Shown here one piece after another: positions 58,481-64,000 of a DNA stretch of 64,000 nt. The translations under genes were made by a program, and so were the position numbers. A model generated the notes under the pieces. It saw nothing but the letters and a program-made list of their open reading frames with translations, was not told where the DNA came from and ran no database searches. The stretch's first letter is position 1. Each line of letters begins with the position of its first letter. The DNA is taken from the NCBI GenBank assembly GCA_019455225.1, contig JACFMU010000003.1, forward strand, positions 1,697 to 65,696, in the 5' to 3' direction. The stretch comes from Candidatus Hydrogenedentota bacterium. GTDB lineage: Bacteria > Hydrogenedentota > Hydrogenedentia > Hydrogenedentales > CAITNO01.

Positions 58481-60046
58481 TCAGGTGTTCCGGTCCGGGG
58501 GGCCGCCGGGATAGTTCGGCGAGTAAAGCACGCCCTTCGGGCGCGTGACGAGCCGCCCGTTCTTCACAAACGCCTCCCCCCGCTCCTCCAGATGCGCAAT
58601 CATCCGTCCCCGCCATGCGCCCAGCTCATTGGCGTGCGCGGGGTCCGCCGCCAAATCGTTCAGCTCCGCCGGGTCGTTGTCCAGGTCAAACAACTGCTCC
58701 TGCCCGTCCAGGAATTGATAGATGTATTTCCTGCGCCCGTCCGTCAGGGCCGTCCAGTTGTGGCTCTCGGCGTAGCACTGGCAGTGCTCCAGGTCTATCC
58801 AGGGCCGCCACGCCGCCTCCGGGTTCCGCGCCAGTTCCAGCAGGCTCTTTCCGTCGAGGGGAATGGGCGCCTCCGTGCCCGCCGCGTCGAGGAAGGTGGG
58901 GAGCACGTCGCGCAGTTCCACGGGGCGGTCAATCCTGGTCCCGGCAGGCGCGGTTTCCCAGCCCTTCGGGCAGCGCAGAATCATGGGGATGCGCGCCGAC
59001 GCCTCATAGGCGTAGGTCTTCCGCCACAGGTGGTGGTCCCCCGTCATGTCGCCGTGGTCGGCGGTGAAGAGTATCAGCGTGTTCTCCAGTTCCCCGCGCA
59101 TTTCCAGCGCCGCCAGCACCCGCCCTATCTGCTCGTCCAGGAAAGAAATGGACCCGTAATACCCCTGCCGCGCGTGGCGAGCCTTCTCCGGGCCGAGGTC
59201 CCCATGCCACAGCGAGTCTGTGTCGTCGCTGCGCGGCGCATACTTCGCGGCCCAGCCGCCCACGGCCGCCGGGGGCAGGGGCGCGTCCGCGTAGGCGTCC
59301 ATCCAGCGCTTCGGCGGGTCGTAGGGGCTGTGGGGCCGCGCGAAGGACACCTTCATGAAGAAGGGCTCCGCCCCGGCGTACCCCTCCAGGAAATTCACGG
59401 CCACATCCGCCGTCCAACGGGTCGGGTGCAGCTCCTCCGGCAGGGCGTAGGCGGCGGCGCGGTGGTCGTTCCAGCCTATCCCCGTGGCGTCCGGGTCGAG
59501 ATGGGGCGCCTGCGACATGAACCAGCAGCGGTAGTCGCTGCGGAACTCCGGTGTCTGCTCCCGGCCCGACTCGTCCAGCACCACCCTGTGGTAGCCGTGG
59601 CCGTTGCGCTGGGGGTGCCAGTGCATCTTGCCCACGGCGAAGGTGTGGTAGCCCGCGTCGCGCAGGGCGCGGGGTTTCTCAAAGGGATACTGTTCCGCCA
59701 CCCGGCCATAGCCCAACTGGCCGTGATGCCAAGGGGAGAGCCCCGTCAGCAGGGCGGCCCGCGCCGGGGTGCACGAGGGCGTCGAGGAATAGGCCCGGTG
59801 GAACAGAAAGCCCTCGCTGGCGAGCCGGTCCAGGTGCGGCGTCTGGATCACCGGATTCCCGTCCGCCCCCACGCAGTCCCCCCGGAACTGGTCCGCCATC
59901 AGAAACAGGATGTTGGGCCTGCGCCCTGCCTGAGCCTGTGCCGCCGCGCGCGTATCGGGCGTGGACACCGTGGCCGCCAGGCCCGCCGCCGCGCCGCTCC
60001 GCGCCAGAAAATCCCGCCGGGTCAGTGTGCCGTCATGCCGGGTCAT
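58481..60046 (-). CDS. Tat-exported arylsulfatase-family sulfatase
   Basis: LTRRDFLARSGAAAGLAA is a Tat signal. NILFLMADQFRGD and SSTPSCTPARAALLTG give the C-x-P-x-R site. GGAGG lies 9 nt upstream of the ATG at 60046. Confidence 0.9.
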   Translation of the reverse strand: MTRHDGTLTRRDFLARSGAAAGLAATVSTPDTRAAAQAQAGRRPNILFLMADQFRGDCVGADGNPVIQTPHLDRLASEGFLFHRAYSSTPSCTPARAALLTGLSPWHHGQLGYGRVAEQYPFEKPRALRDAGYHTFAVGKMHWHPQRNGHGYHRVVLDESGREQTPEFRSDYRCWFMSQAPHLDPDATGIGWNDHRAAAYALPEELHPTRWTADVAVNFLEGYAGAEPFFMKVSFARPHSPYDPPKRWMDAYADAPLPPAAVGGWAAKYAPRSDDTDSLWHGDLGPEKARHARQGYYGSISFLDEQIGRVLAALEMRGELENTLILFTADHGDMTGDHHLWRKTYAYEASARIPMILRCPKGWETAPAGTRIDRPVELRDVLPTFLDAAGTEAPIPLDGKSLLELARNPEAAWRPWIDLEHCQCYAESHNWTALTDGRRKYIYQFLDGQEQLFDLDNDPAELNDLAADPAHANELGAWRGRMIAHLEERGEAFVKNGRLVTRPKGVLYSPNYPGGPPDRNT

Positions 60047-60147
60047 GGCCGTGTCCTCCTGTGCTGAAAACGATGATAGCAGATGCGCCCTTAGAACGGG
60101 AACCGGCGTTGTCGGGTGTAATCCCGAAATAAATCCCCCCCCTGCCC

Positions 60148-60319
60148 CCCCGCAAGCAGGGGGGAGAAGAACCAGCGAAGACTCGGGGTGTTTAGAATGC
60201 CCCACGTCCACACGCCCCTTCTTTCGCCCCGCCCACGTCACCCTTCTTTCGCCCCGCTTGCGGCTCCCTTCTTTTCCCCCGCTTGCGGGACTTCTCTTCT
60301 CCCCCCTGCTTGCGGGGGG
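60148..60319. repeat. C/G-rich 21-bp inverted repeat flanking about four tandem ~25-bp direct repeats in a divergent promoter region
   Basis: cccccccgcaagcaggggggag at 60148-60169 pairs with ctcccccctgcttgcggggggg at 60297-60319. Between them are cccttctttcgccccgc(ccac/ttgcgg) repeated about four times. Confidence 0.7.
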
Positions 60320-60459
60320 GTAGGGGGGGAATGGATTTCGCCATGGCCACAACAAACGGCGATGGCCACAAGGTGGCTTGGAAATTCAACCCGCCCCGCA
60401 GATTGTTTTCCCCGCCGCACTTTGCCACAATGGAGCAAACAACCCAAGGAGCAACACCG

Positions 60460-61335
60460 ATGAGCCAAGAGAATTCAGGCATGAGCCGCCGCACGGCGAT
60501 GGGCGCCCTTGCGGGCGCGGTGGGGTCGGCGGGCCTGCTGGCCTGCGGCGCGAAGGCGCAGGACACCGCGCCGTCGGGCGGGGGCCGCTTCAAACAGTCC
60601 GCCTCGCGCTGGTGCTACGGCAAGGTTCCCATGGCGAAGTTCTGCGCCGAGGCGAAGGCCATCGGCCTGCGGGGGGTGGACCTCTTGAGCGAGGACCAGT
60701 GGGACGAGGTCATCGGCCACGGGCTCGAGGTGGCCCTGTCCAACGGCCCCGGCAAGATCGAGGACGGATGGAACGACCCGTCCAACCACGAGCGGCTCAT
60801 CCAGGGCGCGGAGGAGATGCTCCCCAAGCTGTCGCAGCGCGGCATCAAGAACATGGTGATCTTCTCGGGCAACCGCAAGGGCATGCCGGACGAGGAGGGG
60901 CTGAAAAACTGCACTGCGGGGATCAAGCAGATTCTGCCCGCGGCGGAAAAGGCCAACGTGGTCCTGGTGATGGAACTGCTCAACAGCAAGCGCAACCACA
61001 AGGACTACATGTGCGACCACACGGTCTGGGGCGTGAAACTCGCCGAGGCGCTGGGCTCGGACCGCTTCAAGCTGCTCTACGACATCTACCACATGCAGAT
61101 CATGGAGGGCGATGTCATTGACACCATCCGCGAGTTCCACCCCTTCATCGCCCACTACCACACCGGCGGAGTTCCCGGACGGAATGAGATTGACGGCTCC
61201 CAGGAGCTGAACTACCGCCGCATATGCGAGGTCATCGCCGAGACCGGCTTCACGGACTACCTCGCCCACGAGTTCGTTCCGAAGAACGACCCCATGACCT
61301 CCCTCCGCGAGGCGTACAACCTCTGCAATGTCTGA
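60460..61335 (+). CDS. Tat-exported sugar-phosphate isomerase/epimerase (xylose-isomerase-like TIM barrel, Hyi-like)
   Basis: MSRRTAMGALAGAVGSAGLLACGAKAQ is a Tat-type signal. NVVLVMELLNSK...LYDIYHMQIMEGD...AHYHTGGVPGRNEID matches the family. An aaggag RBS lies 8 nt upstream. Confidence 0.75.
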   Translation: MSQENSGMSRRTAMGALAGAVGSAGLLACGAKAQDTAPSGGGRFKQSASRWCYGKVPMAKFCAEAKAIGLRGVDLLSEDQWDEVIGHGLEVALSNGPGKIEDGWNDPSNHERLIQGAEEMLPKLSQRGIKNMVIFSGNRKGMPDEEGLKNCTAGIKQILPAAEKANVVLVMELLNSKRNHKDYMCDHTVWGVKLAEALGSDRFKLLYDIYHMQIMEGDVIDTIREFHPFIAHYHTGGVPGRNEIDGSQELNYRRICEVIAETGFTDYLAHEFVPKNDPMTSLREAYNLCNV

Positions 61336-61617
61336 CCACTATCCCTTCGATATGCGGCCCGTTCTGGGGCTTCGGCCTTGAACGGGCCGTTGCCATGCTT
61401 ATCCATAACCACCGGGATGGTTAAGAACGCCGCTCACTGACGGCCCGCCTTTGGCCCGGCACTCCCAGAGCCTGTTGTAACACCGCATACGGGCGTTATT
61501 TTCAGCCAGCAACATTTTTTTCAGCGGGAGGCTTTTTCCTATTGCCTTTTGACTACATTTTGTATATACTCAATCTGATATATCCGGAAAGGCTGTGGTA
61601 TCTGGGATTGATTAAAT

Positions 61618-61629
61618 CTGAATATTCAG
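61618..61629. promoter_or_regulatory. Perfect 12-bp palindrome CTGAATATTCAG in an AT-rich leader, a candidate operator
   Basis: It lies 25 nt upstream of the ATG of the ArsR-like gene. The surrounding 300 bp are AT-rich, unlike the roughly 67% GC of the window. Confidence 0.35.
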
Positions 61630-61653
61630 TAATTTTTTTCCTTAAATAACCCA

Positions 61654-62256
61654 ATGACAACTAATTTTTGTAGTCAAACTCAACCAGTAATTGCGCTGTC
61701 GGCGATTATTTCGTCGTCGGCACGTGTCGCAGTGTTGCAGGCACTCCTGCTCGACCCGGTGCCCTCCTATTATCAGCGGCAACTGGAGTCGGCCACAGGG
61801 CTGCCCCTGCGCGCGGTGCAGCGGGAACTGGACCGCCTCGCCAAGGCGGGGCTGCTTTTCCGCCGCGCCGAGGGGAACCGGGTCTATTACCAGGTCAACA
61901 TGGAGTCGCCCATGTTTCCCGAGCTGCGCGGGCTGGTGCTGAAGAGCGTGCCGCCCGCCATGCGCCTGCGGGGCGAGGCCGCGCTGGACCCGGCGGTGAG
62001 GCTGTGCCTGCTGTCCCCCGCGCGGGACCGCGCGCTGGTGGTGCACCAGGGGCGGCGCCCGTCGCTGAAGGCGGAGGGCATCACGGTGGAGTGCCTTACA
62101 ATGGAACTGTTTTTGGCCGCGCTGGCCGGGGGGGAAGTGGGGCTGGCGCGGTGGCTGAACGAGGGCACGGATTTGCTGGGGCGCCGCGAGGACGTGCTGT
62201 GGCGCCACATCGAGACGGCGGGACACACGGTGAGAAAGGAGCACGGGGTGCCATGA
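61654..62256 (+). CDS. ArsR/SmtB-like winged-helix transcriptional regulator with an uncharacterised about 100-aa C-terminal domain
   Basis: ARVAVLQALLLDPVPSYYQRQLESATGLPLRAVQRELDRLAKAGLLFRRAEGNRVYYQVN fits the ArsR-type wHTH pattern. The first about 20 codons are AT-rich. The stop overlaps the next start as ATGA. Confidence 0.6.
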   Translation: MTTNFCSQTQPVIALSAIISSSARVAVLQALLLDPVPSYYQRQLESATGLPLRAVQRELDRLAKAGLLFRRAEGNRVYYQVNMESPMFPELRGLVLKSVPPAMRLRGEAALDPAVRLCLLSPARDRALVVHQGRRPSLKAEGITVECLTMELFLAALAGGEVGLARWLNEGTDLLGRREDVLWRHIETAGHTVRKEHGVP

Positions 62257-63695
62257 GAGAACCCTCGGCGGACATCGCCAAACTCTGCGAGTCCTGGTGG
62301 GAAAAGCTGGCGGACGCGACCCGGATGGAGCAGCAGTCCTATGTGCGGCGGCTGCTGGAGCTGCTCGGCTGGGAGGACCACCTCCCCTTCACGCCGAAGC
62401 CCGCCGCGGCGGCGCTGTCGGCGCTGCCCTGCCTGCTCCGCGGCGACGGTCAGTGCATGGTGGCGGCGTACTTCCTGCCGCCGGGCGCGCTGGACTCCCC
62501 GGCCTCGGTGGTGGAGCGCGGGCTCGACCACTGCCCCGCCACGAAGGCGCTGCTCGACGAGACACGCGCGCCGGGCATCCATTACCTGCTGGCCACGGAC
62601 CTGCACCGGTCCTACCTCTACGACGCGCGCACGGAGGAGCTCCTGCTTCACGCGGACGACCCGCGCGTGTTCAACGCGGACCTGGCCCCGGCCCTGCGCC
62701 GCCAGAACGTGGAGCGGGGCTCGCTGGAGGACCTGCGGCGGCAGCCGCGCAGCGTGGTGGCCCGCCGTCTGCGCGAGTGGAACCAGCGCTGGGCGGAGCA
62801 CCTGCGGCGCGAGGGCCGCATCTCCGAAGAGGCCGCGTCGCTTCCCGGAGACCGGCTCTGCGTGGCCCGCTTCCTCTTCGGCCATGACATCCTACGCCGC
62901 ACCCGGGACCGGCTCGCGCGGCGCTTCGGGGAGCTGGTGGCGCGGGCCTCGGGCGTCTCCCCCCGCGGCTGCGGCGCGGACCTGGTGCGCCTGTTCCATG
63001 ACATGTGGCTCGACTGGCGCGTGGAGCTCTTCGCGCCGTGCCCGGAACTCGACACGCTCCTGGCGAGGGACGACATCGCCGCGCCGTGGCTGCGGGAGGC
63101 GGGCCTGCTCGGCCGCAACAAGTTCACCCTGGCGGCGGTCTTGGAGAGTTTCAACCACGGCGACCCGGCGGAGAAGATGCGCGTGCGCATGGTTCCCGAG
63201 GAGAACGAGGAGCGGGACCTGTACCTCGCAAGGCTGACCCTCGACACGGTGGACGCGGCGCGCGTCGCCGTGGACGTGACCGAGGAGGGGTACCGTGCGG
63301 TCACCCACTGGTTCGACCGGCTTGTGGCGGCCTATGACCGGCTGGACACCGAGTTTGACCGGCACTCGCGCGCGGCGGCGCCGCCGGTGGACGACCTGGA
63401 CCTCTTCGCGTGGTCCGAGATGGACGCGCGGCGGCCCGCGGCCTGCGCGGACAAGCTGGGCCACGCCTGCGCGCGCGGCCTCACCGTCTACTGCGCGGGC
63501 GCGCGGCAGCGGCGCGTGTCCCTGCTCCTGCTGACGCTGCACCTCATCAGCCGCCTCGAAAGCCGGCATGAGGCGGCGGACCGGCTGCCCGACGCCGCGC
63601 GCGCGCTGGCGGAGCGGCCCCGCGTGCTGCCGGCCGCCGGAAAAGTGATGGGCATCAACGCGCCGCCGGACGAGACCGGCGGGCTGGACGACTGA
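62253..63695 (+). CDS. Hypothetical 480-aa protein of unknown function, translationally coupled to the wHTH gene
   Basis: MREPSADIAKLCESWWEKLADATRMEQQSYVRRLLELLGWEDHLPF...GIHYLLATDLHRSYLYDARTEELL is the N-terminal region. I recognise no catalytic motif (no NTase, MTase, P-loop or HNH). The track's 62004 start reads through the upstream gene. Confidence 0.55.
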   Translation: MREPSADIAKLCESWWEKLADATRMEQQSYVRRLLELLGWEDHLPFTPKPAAAALSALPCLLRGDGQCMVAAYFLPPGALDSPASVVERGLDHCPATKALLDETRAPGIHYLLATDLHRSYLYDARTEELLLHADDPRVFNADLAPALRRQNVERGSLEDLRRQPRSVVARRLREWNQRWAEHLRREGRISEEAASLPGDRLCVARFLFGHDILRRTRDRLARRFGELVARASGVSPRGCGADLVRLFHDMWLDWRVELFAPCPELDTLLARDDIAAPWLREAGLLGRNKFTLAAVLESFNHGDPAEKMRVRMVPEENEERDLYLARLTLDTVDAARVAVDVTEEGYRAVTHWFDRLVAAYDRLDTEFDRHSRAAAPPVDDLDLFAWSEMDARRPAACADKLGHACARGLTVYCAGARQRRVSLLLLTLHLISRLESRHEAADRLPDAARALAERPRVLPAAGKVMGINAPPDETGGLDD

Positions 63696-63736
63696 CGCGC
63701 GGCCGGCCGCGCGGAAACAACACCTGGAGAAGGCAA

Positions 63737-64000
63737 TGTTTGGAGCACTCGCATTGATGATCGCACTTCAGTTGGGCGCGGCGGCGGCGGAGACCGGCCC
63801 GCCGCCGGTCACGGGCGCCCCCATGGTCCGCAGCGTCATGGACTACGGCGCGAACACGGACGGCGCGCTGGACAACACGGCGGTGTTCCAGCGCGCGCTG
63901 GACGGGGCGGCCGCCGCGGGCGGCGGCATTGTCGAGGCGCGCGCCGGGCGGTACCGGTTTGACGGCGCCCTGGTGGTCCCGTCAAACGTGACCCTGCGCG
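63737..64000 (+). CDS. Secreted pectate-lyase-superfamily / GH28-like beta-helix protein (N-terminal part; runs off the window end)
   Basis: MFGALALMIALQLGAAAAETGPPPVTGAPMVRSVMDYGANTDGALDNTAVFQRALDGAAAAGGGIVEARAGRYRFDGALVVPSNVTLR shows the DYGA.GDG..D.T.A.Q.A.D....GGG.V..P.G.Y signature. Confidence 0.6.

Overview
This is a high-GC (about 65-70%) bacterial chromosomal segment. It mixes housekeeping genes (htpG, rpsD, purA, mfd, tyrS, two hsp20, an HU-like protein, corA, rnd) with many polysaccharide and sulfur-metabolism genes: three sulfatase-family proteins, a PKD-FGE lipoprotein, a GH2 beta-galactosidase with a Na+/solute symporter, DUF1080 and DUF4091 glycosidase-like proteins, a beta-helix protein, PQQ/TolB beta-propellers and a Gfo/Idh/MocA oxidoreductase. 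The gene content suggests, by inference only, a sulfatase-rich PVC-type organism such as a Planctomycetes, Verrucomicrobia or Kiritimatiellae relative. I called genes by reading the translations. Many long ORFs in the track are antisense artefacts of the high GC, and the track omits ORFs that run off the window edges (coordinates 1 and 64000), which I translated by hand.

Beyond the coding genes, the intergenic space is dense with repeats. There is a MITE-like family with TTGCTC/GAGCAA-rich arms at four promoter-proximal sites, and long palindromic REP-like hairpins. There are 'GTCATTCCCGCG' double-hairpin elements, 9-bp-periodic ATGGAC/GTGGAC/CAGAG arrays arranged as giant hairpins, and a C/G-rich inverted repeat with 25-bp tandem repeats.

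The strongest candidates for an undescribed system are these:
- An AT-rich island at 61.3-63.7 kb carries an ATGA-coupled ArsR-like wHTH protein and a 480-aa orphan protein.
- A YtrA-type GntR / ABC-ATPase operon encodes a 1117-aa fused double permease with a pseudopilin-like C-terminus.
- A tightly coupled operon encodes an ACC-deaminase-family (CuyA-like) PLP enzyme, a thioredoxin-like [2Fe-2S] ferredoxin and a sulfatase.
- An ECF sigma factor is fused to a TM segment and carboxypeptidase-regulatory-like domains.

All functional assignments come from motif reading. No database search was possible.
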